Origin: Promethearchaeati archaeon
Lineage (GTDB): Archaea; Asgardarchaeota; Heimdallarchaeia; Heimdallarchaeales; Heimdallarchaeaceae
Direction: 5' to 3'
NCBI GenBank assembly: GCA_013166775.1
Contig: JABLTJ010000014.1
Location: 32,001 to 96,000, forward strand
DNA: 64,000 nucleotides
Positions within the stretch are counted from its first letter, which is position 1. Each line of letters starts with the position of its first letter. Under the pieces are notes generated by a model, which searched no databases, was not told the origin of the DNA, and saw nothing but the letters and a program-made list of their open reading frames with translations. Positions 40,406 through 49,553 of this stretch are shown piece after piece. The position numbers and the translations under genes are program-made.

Positions 40406-41047
40406 TTAGCTAAAAGTAGCTTTTACATCATCATCTAATTTTGCGACAATTTCTTCTACTTCTGTAAGTTCTTCAAGTTCTTTATACATCTTCTCAGCAT
40501 AATCTGCATCTTTTTTCTTAATCCATGCAAGATTGATTTCGACGTTATGAACAGCTGATTTGAGACCAGTTAAAGCACATAATGCACCGACACCGATATC
40601 AGAAAGGGCTTGAACATTTCCTTTAGTTCCTAATTCATTCAGAATATCTATGACTTCTCTACATGCTTTTACTGTTTCTAAAGGAATTTCAGCTGCAACT
40701 TTATATTCTGCTAGAATCTTTTCTGATCTTGCAACTACTTGTTCTTCAGAATCTTTAGGCATTCCAAAAGCAGCTATAACTCCACTGAATGCATTTGCAT
40801 CCTTATCTACTAATTCAGTGAGTTCTTTGCGAAGTTCTTCTGTTCTTTTAAGTTTCTTATTGAATAAATCTTCAACATCTTCATAACCTTCCTTTCCAAT
40901 GGTAAGTCGGGCAACCATAGAACCTAAAGCAGCACCCATTGCTCCTGCAATAGCAGCAGCAGCACCACCACCTGGAGCGGGTGTGGATGATGCAAGTTCA
41001 TCTAGAAAATCTATTATTTTCATATCAACGAGAATTTTGTTTTCCAT
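40406..41047 (-). CDS. Formiminotetrahydrofolate cyclodeaminase (FTCD C-terminal family)
   Basis: LASSTPAPGGG, DKDANAF, GNVQALSD, NVEINL; TGATG coupling to ftcD. Confidence 0.92.
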   Translation of the reverse strand: MENKILVDMKIIDFLDELASSTPAPGGGAAAAIAGAMGAALGSMVARLTIGKEGYEDVEDLFNKKLKRTEELRKELTELVDKDANAFSGVIAAFGMPKDSEEQVVARSEKILAEYKVAAEIPLETVKACREVIDILNELGTKGNVQALSDIGVGALCALTGLKSAVHNVEINLAWIKKKDADYAEKMYKELEELTEVEEIVAKLDDDVKATFS

Positions 41048-41943
41048 CAATATAGCCTCTTTTCAATTACTTGTTTTCTATCGAATTTATTTAATTGTAA
41101 ATAGTATTCTGCAGCATCAAGCAGAGCATCAATTGGTAGCATACCATAGATTTCACTTTCAGTAACATTAACACCGAAACGTTGAGCTTCACGTTTAGCC
41201 ATATCAAAGACTCTATGGATTGGAGTACTTTTGAAGTCAGTAATATTCATGGAAACTTGTACGCATCCTCTTTCTTCAATGTTCATTGCTCCTGCTTGAA
41301 TATGTCTTAGTCCTCCACCACTGAAACGTATGTTTCTAGCGATTTCTTTTGCAATTTCCATATCATCTGTATCTAGATAGATATTGTAAGCAATAAGGAA
41401 TTGTCTTGCTCCAATATTAATTGCACCAGCTTTGGTTAATTCTTTAGGACCATAATCAGGTTCATAAGCTGGATCCGTACCAATAGCTTCTTTCAACTGT
41501 TCATATTGGAATGATTTGGTTCTGAACTTCTGTAATACTTCTCTCTCAGGAACCTTAGCTGCAGCTCCATAGAGATAGGTAGGTATTTTTAATTCTTTAC
41601 CAATTCTTTCTGCAAGTTTATCTGCAAGTTCCACACATTCTTCCAAAGTTATATCAGAAATAGGGATAAAGGGAACAACATCAGTTGCACCAAATCGGTT
41701 ATGTTCTCCTTCATGTTCATCCATATCGATTAGCTCTGCAGCTTTTTTACATCCAGCAAATGCAGCTTTTACACATTCTTCAGGCTCTCCTATAAATGTT
41801 ATAACAGCACGATTATGATCAGGATCACATCTACTATCCAAAAGAGTAATTTTTCCTCCTTTCTCAATAGCTTTAACAATTTGGTCAACTATTTTTTGTC
41901 GTCTTCCTTCACTAAAATTGGGAACGCACTCTACTAAGGGCAT
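41047..41943 (-). CDS. ftcD: Glutamate formimidoyltransferase
   Basis: VECVPNFSEGR, DPDHNR, GATDVVPF, LIAYN, QVSMN. Confidence 0.95.
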   Translation of the reverse strand: MPLVECVPNFSEGRRQKIVDQIVKAIEKGGKITLLDSRCDPDHNRAVITFIGEPEECVKAAFAGCKKAAELIDMDEHEGEHNRFGATDVVPFIPISDITLEECVELADKLAERIGKELKIPTYLYGAAAKVPEREVLQKFRTKSFQYEQLKEAIGTDPAYEPDYGPKELTKAGAINIGARQFLIAYNIYLDTDDMEIAKEIARNIRFSGGGLRHIQAGAMNIEERGCVQVSMNITDFKSTPIHRVFDMAKREAQRFGVNVTESEIYGMLPIDALLDAAEYYLQLNKFDRKQVIEKRLY

Positions 41944-42039
41944 ATTTTCACCTTGCTAACTAATCAACTTCATGTTTTAAGTTTAATCATTAGTATTATT
42001 TTTTTTATAAAAAAATAGTAAAACGGAAAAAGAGCATTA

Positions 42040-43347
42040 TTAAATCTCTCTAATAATGTCTCGTAAGATAGCGAGTCCTTCATCAATTTCGTTCTTCTGA
42101 ATATTAAGAGGAGGTCGAAAACGAATTGATTTCACACCACTTGCCAGAATGAGGAGAGATTTATCATATGCAGTTTGTTTTATTTTATCTCTAAGATCTG
42201 TTGTTTGGAGATCAAAGGCAATCATGAATCCTTTACCTCTAGCATTTGAAATCTTTTCAGGATAATCGTTTTGAATTTCGATGAGCTGGTTAAGCATATA
42301 TTCACCATTCTTTGCAGTTTTATCAATGAGATTTTCCTTTTCAATTATTTCTAGATATTTTGTTGCTCGAACCATATCAACAAGATTACCTCCCCAGGTT
42401 GAGTTGATTCTAGAACTTTCTTCAAATACATTATTCTTAACTTCCTTTACTCTATCAGAAGCTAAAATTCCACAAACTTGCATCTTCTTTCCGAAACTAA
42501 TAATATCGGGTTTAGCGTTTTCAAAATGCTCAAAACACCAGAATTTTCCAGTTAAACCAACACCTGTCTGTATTTCATCATAGATTAGCATTATTTCATT
42601 CTTATCAGCTATATTACGAAGCTTTGCCATGAATTCTGTTCTGAAATGATTATCTCCTCCCTCTCCTTGTATTGGTTCTATGAGTAGAGCAGCGATATCG
42701 TTTCCATATTTGTCAATTGCTTCATCAATTTGTGAGATACTTTGCTCTTCTGATGAAATGACTTGTTCCAAATATTCTTCGACAGGAAATTTCATGGTTG
42801 GATTAATTACTCTCGGCCAATCTTTGAACTTGGGGAAGTATTTTGTTTTTCTTGGATCAAATGTATTAGTTAAGGATAACGTATAACCACTTCGTCCGTG
42901 GAAGCTCTGTTGAAAGTGGATAACTTTTGTTCCTAATTCACCCTCTACACCCTTAACAAAGTTCTTTCTAACCTTCCAATCAAATGAGGATTTCAAAGCA
43001 TTTTCTACTGCTAAAGCTCCTCCACTGATTAGGAAAAGATTAGGAAGGAAACCAGGTATACCAATCCTATCAAAAGTATCAACAAATTCAGCCATTTCAT
43101 CAGTATAAAAATCTGAACAGCTTGGTTTGTTAACAGCTACATAAGCAAGTTTATCCAGAAATTCTTTATTTATCATTTCAGGATGATTCATACCTACGGG
43201 AGAAGAAGCAAAAAACGAGAATAAATCTAAGAAAGACTTACCAGTTTTCTTATCAACAATTCGACAACCTTGACTCTTTTGTAAATCAAGAATCAGCGGA
43301 TATCCATCAACTAACATATGACGAGAGAGAATTTCTAAAGCACCCAT
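42040..43347 (-). CDS. lat: L-lysine 6-transaminase
   Basis: HMLVDG, NKPS, GALAVENALK, FHGRSGYTLSLT, FGKK, SRINSTWGG. Confidence 0.92.
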   Translation of the reverse strand: MGALEILSRHMLVDGYPLILDLQKSQGCRIVDKKTGKSFLDLFSFFASSPVGMNHPEMINKEFLDKLAYVAVNKPSCSDFYTDEMAEFVDTFDRIGIPGFLPNLFLISGGALAVENALKSSFDWKVRKNFVKGVEGELGTKVIHFQQSFHGRSGYTLSLTNTFDPRKTKYFPKFKDWPRVINPTMKFPVEEYLEQVISSEEQSISQIDEAIDKYGNDIAALLIEPIQGEGGDNHFRTEFMAKLRNIADKNEIMLIYDEIQTGVGLTGKFWCFEHFENAKPDIISFGKKMQVCGILASDRVKEVKNNVFEESSRINSTWGGNLVDMVRATKYLEIIEKENLIDKTAKNGEYMLNQLIEIQNDYPEKISNARGKGFMIAFDLQTTDLRDKIKQTAYDKSLLILASGVKSIRFRPPLNIQKNEIDEGLAILRDIIREI

Positions 43348-43440
43348 TCATACTCACCTTACGTTTGACAGAAACTTCATACCTTTTAAATTGAACTCAA
43401 CGGACACGAAAATTATTCAAAAATTAAATAATTGAAAAAA

Positions 43441-43562
43441 ATGCCCATCAAGATAGAGGAAGAGTGTGGCGTAGCCTATATACTCAGAGCAAAGCGTAGC
43501 CACCTTAGATTCCTCAGATCAGGCAAGGGGTCTCCGTCATCTCTGACGGCGCCTATTGGCAT
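43441..43562 (-). ncRNA. Candidate structured small RNA, 122 nt, family not recognised
   Basis: GC-rich island in AT-rich DNA with paired ends, a GAGA-capped hairpin, a long second arm, a TTTAAA box about 25 nt upstream and a U-tract directly downstream. Confidence 0.65.
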
Positions 43563-43689
43563 AAAAACATCAATTTTTTCTTTTAAATAGATTCTAATAG
43601 TTTCATCCGCAAATAATATTAAGAAATTTACAATCCTTTAAAAGTGTCCATAACAGTTTGTTAGTATCTGTCTCTAGAAGGGGAGATTA

Positions 43690-43911
43690 ATGAGAAAGAT
43701 TGTTAGGATAGGATTAGCAGTTTTAGCAGTTATTGGATTAGTTCTTTCAATTCTAGTAATTTATCAATATACCAGAGTCAGAGGAGTAGATTACCAATGG
43801 TTAGAAGGGGAACCTGAAGATTACGGATTCAAATGGAATAAAATAGCAGCTACTTATCTCGTAGCAGAAAGAATGCCTTTTCTCCGAAGTGTGCTAATAA
43901 TGCTCCTATGA
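43690..43911 (+). pseudogene. N-terminal fragment of a serine hydrolase (beta-lactamase family)
   Basis: Signal/TM plus WLEGEPEDYGF...FLRSVLI matches the family N-terminus (compare 24865); it ends before the SxxK motif. Confidence 0.6.
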
Positions 43912-44083
43912 ACCCCCCAGTAACATTGAATCTCAAGATTGGTGCTACAGCATACCATGTTCTTATAAAGAATGTAATTGCAACAGGAATCAAAAGAATA
44001 ATTGCTATTAGAATGAAATATGGTTTTATAGTTGGAAGATTATTATTCAACTTAATCTTTAATTCTTTTTTCTCTACTGTCAT
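43850..44083 (-). pseudogene. Probably truncated membrane protein fragment
   Basis: A TM-bearing N-terminus runs into the antisense strand of the hydrolase fragment at about 43905. Confidence 0.4.
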
Positions 44084-44292
44084 GTTTACTCATCATCTTT
44101 GAATGAAATTTGTTCAACATATTTTATCCTTTTGCTGATTTATAAATCTGAGTTTCTGGGAAAAAATGTGCTTTAGCATTATTTTGATTTGAAACAACTA
44201 CAAAGATGTCTATCTGAAAATGAAAGATTCCATTCTTCTATAGAAAGGGTTTATTAATTGTAAAGATAAAACAGTATCGATTCACGAAAGGG

Positions 44293-45642
44293 ATGTCAAT
44301 GAAAAACTCAAGTTCATTCTCAAAATTAATTTTTCTTATTTTATTGTATTTTTTGTTTATTTCTACCATTAATGCTTTGTCAGTACAAGATACTTCTCAG
44401 AGCTTCAATGACAATTCTATAAGAAGTAATCTGAATGTAAAAGAAAAAGAATCTTTTGCATATTCCTATACTCCTCACGAACCAATTGATATCACATATG
44501 ATGCAGGTTTTTCCTTCTATGGGTTTCCAGGTTCAGGGACAGAAGCTGACCCCTATATCATTGAAGGTTATAATATTACAACAACAACTACAGAACTCCC
44601 AAGACTTGCTATATCGATAACTGATACAACAAAACACTTTGTTATTCGTAATTGTTATGTCAATACTAATGCAACTTATTGGGGTTGGGGAGGGCGTGGA
44701 ATTAGAATACTCTACACGGCTTATGGAACAGTTTCTATTCTTAACAACCATATAACAGGTAATTCAGATGGCATATTCCTGAGCGGATGTGCAGGTAGCA
44801 TAGTATCTAACAACTTCTGCTTAGGGAATTCTAACGCAATTGAGTTAACATCTTGCCCTCAATCAATAGTTAACAACAACACATGTAACTTCAATGGAGA
44901 GGGAATTGAATTTTCGGAATGTTCTGATACAGTAGTATTTGATAACACATGTGAGAATAATTATGGCCCTGGAATAGAGTTATATGGAGAAATGGAGAAT
45001 TGTTTGGTTTATGACAATCACATTAAAGGAAGTACACGATTTGCAATAACCATACAGATACAATCATCAAAGAATTTTATTTTTAGGAATACGTTTATTG
45101 ATAATAATATTGGAGGTACTTCGCAAGCTGAAGATAATGGAAAGAGAAACAAATGGTATAATCCAGAAACGGAAGAAGGGAATTATTGGTCAGATTTAGG
45201 AGAGGAATGTAAGTATTCAATAGATGGATATTCCAATTCAAAAGATCTCTATCCTTTGAATAGAGCTGAAACATGTTCAAATCCAAAAGTTGGTTCAACC
45301 CTTGCGATTGTTTTACCGATTTTAGCAGGTGCTGCTATTCTTGCATTTATTATCCCCAAGTATATTATTCCATATCATAGAGAGAAAAATCTCTGGAAGA
45401 GCTTTAAGAGATTCATCAATAAGTACAAAAAAGTGATTTATGGTTTACTAGTTATTTTATTTATAGTTGGAGGTTTTGTTCTGTTTATAGGATTAATGAA
45501 ATACTTGTGGACAGCGGATATAGATGCTGCTCTTATTACTGGAGCTACCATTTGCTCTTCAATAGTTGGTATTGTGATAAGTTTAGGGATCACTAAAGCA
45601 TTAAAACCGAAAAAAGAGGTTGAGATAAAGCAAGATGAATAG
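44293..45642 (+). CDS. Right-handed beta-helix (NosD/PbH1) surface protein with C-terminal TM helices
   Basis: HEPIDI..GSGTEADPYIIEG lead-in, repeated N.C..N..GI.L units, GNYWSD, and 3 TM segments. Confidence 0.85.
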   Translation: MSMKNSSSFSKLIFLILLYFLFISTINALSVQDTSQSFNDNSIRSNLNVKEKESFAYSYTPHEPIDITYDAGFSFYGFPGSGTEADPYIIEGYNITTTTTELPRLAISITDTTKHFVIRNCYVNTNATYWGWGGRGIRILYTAYGTVSILNNHITGNSDGIFLSGCAGSIVSNNFCLGNSNAIELTSCPQSIVNNNTCNFNGEGIEFSECSDTVVFDNTCENNYGPGIELYGEMENCLVYDNHIKGSTRFAITIQIQSSKNFIFRNTFIDNNIGGTSQAEDNGKRNKWYNPETEEGNYWSDLGEECKYSIDGYSNSKDLYPLNRAETCSNPKVGSTLAIVLPILAGAAILAFIIPKYIIPYHREKNLWKSFKRFINKYKKVIYGLLVILFIVGGFVLFIGLMKYLWTADIDAALITGATICSSIVGIVISLGITKALKPKKEVEIKQDE

Positions 45643-45704
45643 AAATAAATCATTCTTTCCATCATGTTTTTTTATTAAAAACTTCTAATCTAGATGATGA
45701 GAAT

Positions 45705-46559
45705 ATGACTGACACAAAAATCTATGTTGGTTGTACTGGTTTCAACTATGATGATTGGATGGCTAACAAAGGAGGTTTTTATCCCCCCAACATAGAGAAA
45801 TTTGAACTACTTGGTTTCTATTCTACAGTATTCCCCACTTGTGAAATCAATTCAACTTTCTATGCATTTCCACGTTCTACTAGTACTTCCAGATGGGCAA
45901 AATTACTCCCTGTTGATTTTGTTTTAACTGCTAAACTCCCTAAGATGATTTGTCAAGCTCCTGATATCTCTTTAGTAGAAGATAAGTTAACAGATTTTCT
46001 CAAAGTAATGAGTCCACTGAAGAAAAACTTAGGTCCTTTTGTTTGTCAGTTTGCTCCAAATTTTGATAAGAGAGAGGAATCCCTATCTCAACTATTGAAG
46101 TTCTTAGGTTTCTTTCCATTTGGTGATTATGACATGGTAATGGAATTTAGGCATGATACTTGGTTTAATCAAGAAACCTATGATATACTCAACGATCATA
46201 ATCTAGGAATGGTTAGCTCTTTCCTACCTTACATAAAATTCAACCTTTACGAAGATGTTAAGCGAGATTATTTTTACATGAGATTGATTGGTTCTCATAA
46301 ACAAGAAATAGGAGATGGGAAGGAAGTTGTAGACAGAACAAGCCTAATGAAAGAAACAGCTGATACAATGGAAAAAGCTTTCAAAAATAATCCAAATAAG
46401 AAATCAGCTTATGTATTCATCAATAATCATTTCAGCGGATATGCCCCTCCTGCAGCCTCAAAATTTAAAGAAATGTTAGAGAAAAGAAGACTCCAAACAG
46501 TCACACCAGCAATTACATCTTTCAAAGGTCAACAGAAATTATCTGATTTCTTTGGATAA
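45705..46559 (+). CDS. DUF72 (YecE-like) family protein
   Basis: IYVGCTGFNYDDW, EINSTFY, MEFRHDTW, YMRLIG, FINNHFSGYAP. Confidence 0.92.
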   Translation: MTDTKIYVGCTGFNYDDWMANKGGFYPPNIEKFELLGFYSTVFPTCEINSTFYAFPRSTSTSRWAKLLPVDFVLTAKLPKMICQAPDISLVEDKLTDFLKVMSPLKKNLGPFVCQFAPNFDKREESLSQLLKFLGFFPFGDYDMVMEFRHDTWFNQETYDILNDHNLGMVSSFLPYIKFNLYEDVKRDYFYMRLIGSHKQEIGDGKEVVDRTSLMKETADTMEKAFKNNPNKKSAYVFINNHFSGYAPPAASKFKEMLEKRRLQTVTPAITSFKGQQKLSDFFG

Positions 46560-46926
46560 ACTAAGCGTGTTCGGTTCTTCCAGATTCAGAGTTAAAAAAT
46601 AATACTTCAAACCTATGTAAGAACCAGATAGGAACATACTTAACAAAATTCCTGAAGAAATAAAGAAAATTCGTTTTATTGGGTAATCAGTCAATAATTG
46701 TGATTTTACTTCTCTCATATTCTTCACATCAGATATTTTCTATTTATGTGTCAAATACTGATTCTAATTTGAATTGATTTAAGAATTGTGCTTGAAAATA
46801 GTGAAAAAGTATGGATTTTAATTAGAGATCTAAGGCAGATAAAATAATGAATATCTTTAAAAAGATTAATGATGAATTCAATCAATTTCTTATGAGTAAA
46901 CTAGTGCTATGAAAGGATGAATTAAT

Positions 46927-48036
46927 TTGAAGAAAAACAAGGTCTATCTCCATTCAATTGCTACAACTGTTCCAGAAACATACTATACACAAAAATTTGC
47001 TTTAAAATATATGAAAAAGATTGTCGCTGATACTCCTTATAAGAAAATATTCTTGAATAAAGTCTACAAAGGTACAGAAATCAGAAAACGACATACTATC
47101 ATTGATGATTATGGGAAAAAGCCTAGTGAGTTCACTTTCTATCCCAAAAATAAAACTCTTAGACCAGAGCCTACAACTAAACAAAGAAATGATCTTTATG
47201 CGAAAGAAGCTTTAAGACTGGGAAAGCAAGCAGTTGAGAAGTTATTCAATGCAAATCCTGGGTTTGATAAGAATAAAATTACTCATATCTTGACGGTAAC
47301 TTGTACTGGTTTTGATGCTCCAGGACTTGATTATTATATTGTAAAGGATTTTGAATTAAACCCGAAAATGAATCGATACATTCTAGGATTCATGGGTTGT
47401 CAAGCTGCTATCAATGCCTTGAAATTAGCTGAGGATCTATGTCTTTCTAATCCAGAGGCAAGAGTTTTGATAGTTAATGTTGAGTTATGCTCTGTACATT
47501 TACAGCAAATATGGGAACTAGACCAAGTTATAGCAAATGCTATTTTTGCTGATGGTATTTCAGCAGCCTTGGTTTCTAGTGTTGAAAATGACTGTGATGG
47601 AAATAAATTTGTTCTACATGATTTTACTACAAATATTGTACAAGGAACAGAAGAAGATATGGCTTGGAATATAGGTAATACAGGATTTGGAATGAAATTA
47701 ACAGTAAATGTTCCAAGAGTAGTTAAAGCAAACCTTGCTAGTATTTTAGGTGAGCTTCTTGATAAAACCAATAGAACTAAAGACGAAATAAAAATATGGG
47801 CAATTCATCCTGGTGGAAAAACAATTCTAACCAAAGCAGAGCAAGCACTGGATTTAACTTCAGAGGATCTTGATTCTTCGTATCATATTATGAGAGAGTA
47901 TGGAAATATGAGCTCAGCAACGATAATGTTTGTTCTTGAACATATCTTAAGAGATACTACAAAAAAAGGTTTTACATTCGCCACATCTTTTGGTCCAGGT
48001 ATGACTATTGAAGCTGCATTATTGGAGAAGATATAA
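46927..48036 (+). CDS. Type III polyketide synthase (chalcone-synthase-like)
   Basis: Triad FMGCQA / AIHPGG / GNMSS; VTCTG, ELCS, FADG, FGPGMT. Confidence 0.93.
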   Translation: MKKNKVYLHSIATTVPETYYTQKFALKYMKKIVADTPYKKIFLNKVYKGTEIRKRHTIIDDYGKKPSEFTFYPKNKTLRPEPTTKQRNDLYAKEALRLGKQAVEKLFNANPGFDKNKITHILTVTCTGFDAPGLDYYIVKDFELNPKMNRYILGFMGCQAAINALKLAEDLCLSNPEARVLIVNVELCSVHLQQIWELDQVIANAIFADGISAALVSSVENDCDGNKFVLHDFTTNIVQGTEEDMAWNIGNTGFGMKLTVNVPRVVKANLASILGELLDKTNRTKDEIKIWAIHPGGKTILTKAEQALDLTSEDLDSSYHIMREYGNMSSATIMFVLEHILRDTTKKGFTFATSFGPGMTIEAALLEKI

Positions 48037-48063
48037 TATAGAAAGAGCTGAAAATGAATCTAA

Positions 48064-49494
48064 TTAGTATTTTATTTTTTTCCACATTTTCTTAGCTGAT
48101 TTATTCCCTCCATAACCGAGTAATCTACCAATGTAAGGCCAAATAGGATTCAAGAAAGGAAGGTTCATAACTATCCAATTAGCGATTTTATGAGGCCATG
48201 TATACACATGATTATACTCACAATCTGAGATACAATTTGAGCAATCTCCACCATTTTCTAACCAGAATAGATAGCAAGTTTCAACATCTATATACCACTT
48301 CTTCACTCCAGGATTGTTACTTACACTGTAGGTTTTGTAAGATGTTTTTTTATCAAATGGTATAGAAGCACTTGGACACTTATCAGCACAAGTCATGCAT
48401 GTTTCGCAGAATTTCTCAACGGATTTAGCAAATTTGTAATCTGGTTTATCTGCAACTAAAGGCATGTCGGTTAGTATCTTAGCAACTCTCACTCTTGGTC
48501 CATATTTCTTTGTAATCAGCAGTCCATGTCTTCCAAATCCTCCAAGTCCTGCTTCTATAGCTAAAGGTACTGATAATCCAAGAGAATTACCTGCTGGAAT
48601 TGCTTCATATCCTAGGTTCTTAATAAAACTAGCTACTAGAGTTCTAACAAAAGCTTGTTTTGAATAACCTAAACCAGTCGCTATTCCACTTGGCATTTTT
48701 GGTGAAGTATTTATCGCATTGAAATCCATTTCAACTGCAATTACAACAGCGAATTTGATATCTTTTGAAATAACATATTCTCTGTCCATTCTATCATGAG
48801 AGTAAATCCACTTTGTGTCAAAAGGTGCAATTCCTACGAGATTAGCTCCATAAAGAATTGCTATTTTCTTAAGGAATTTGGTCATCTCTTCTGGATCTTC
48901 AACCTTGTATTTTTGTGGTTTCTGTATATCATAATTTACTAGATCCATTTCTCCTTTCTGCTGCTGCTCTCTCATCTTTTTAGAATCTTCTTTATTGAGA
49001 GTCTTGATTCGATCGGTCATAAATTCCCTCATCGAAACCATGTTTTCTATTGACCAAGCTGCATCAACAGCTGCACTTTCTAGTTCAGAGTATCCATCTA
49101 AACCTTGAGCAGCTCTTTCAGATGCTTTCTCAAAAATAGGTTTCTTGTATCCTTCAAAATCTTCATCCCACATTCTTCTTGAAAAAATCGTTAATTTTTC
49201 ATTGAAAGATTCATAAACATCTGCATTTATCTCAAAAATCTCTTTCTTTTTTTCGTTAGTTTTCAAGATCTTTGGTGTGATTCGTTTTTTATCATCTATC
49301 TCTACTTCAATTGCTTCAAAAGGGCAAACATAAACACATTGTAAACAGTTAATACAATTCTTATGATTTATTTCTGCGATTTCTTTTTCTATTTTTATCG
49401 CTATTTTTCCTTTTTTATTTTGGGGACAAACATCTACGCATTCATGTTCGCATTTATTTGGAGAACAGATTTTCTCTAAAATAAGAAGACTCAT
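48064..49494 (-). CDS. Reductive dehalogenase-like cobalamin/Fe-S protein with N-terminal RLI-type ferredoxin domain
   Basis: YGANLVGI, AGLGGFGRHGLLIT..GPRVR..ILTDMPL..DKP, FCETCMTCADKCP, C...DCSNCISDC; N-terminal CSPNKCEHECVDVCP and CINCLQCVYVCP; no Tat signal. Confidence 0.85.
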   Translation of the reverse strand: MSLLILEKICSPNKCEHECVDVCPQNKKGKIAIKIEKEIAEINHKNCINCLQCVYVCPFEAIEVEIDDKKRITPKILKTNEKKKEIFEINADVYESFNEKLTIFSRRMWDEDFEGYKKPIFEKASERAAQGLDGYSELESAAVDAAWSIENMVSMREFMTDRIKTLNKEDSKKMREQQQKGEMDLVNYDIQKPQKYKVEDPEEMTKFLKKIAILYGANLVGIAPFDTKWIYSHDRMDREYVISKDIKFAVVIAVEMDFNAINTSPKMPSGIATGLGYSKQAFVRTLVASFIKNLGYEAIPAGNSLGLSVPLAIEAGLGGFGRHGLLITKKYGPRVRVAKILTDMPLVADKPDYKFAKSVEKFCETCMTCADKCPSASIPFDKKTSYKTYSVSNNPGVKKWYIDVETCYLFWLENGGDCSNCISDCEYNHVYTWPHKIANWIVMNLPFLNPIWPYIGRLLGYGGNKSAKKMWKKIKY

Positions 49495-49553
49495 CAGTCA
49501 AGAACAAAAATTCAGCTAAATATAAGTTTTGGTCAATTTTCGGAATATTGTTA

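Noticed and set aside
40406-41943. Split FTCD as a eukaryote-related novelty
   Set aside because: Separate formiminotransferase and cyclodeaminase genes are common in prokaryotes.
43441-43562. Calling the RNA a 5S rRNA, tRNA or lysine riboswitch
   Set aside because: No CCGAAC loop or loop-E pairing and no T-loop; it is too short for a lysine riboswitch, and lat has its own promoter. Left unassigned.
46539-46727. 62-aa minus-strand ORF with one hydrophobic stretch
   Set aside because: It overlaps the DUF72 3' end and has no recognisable motif; support is insufficient.
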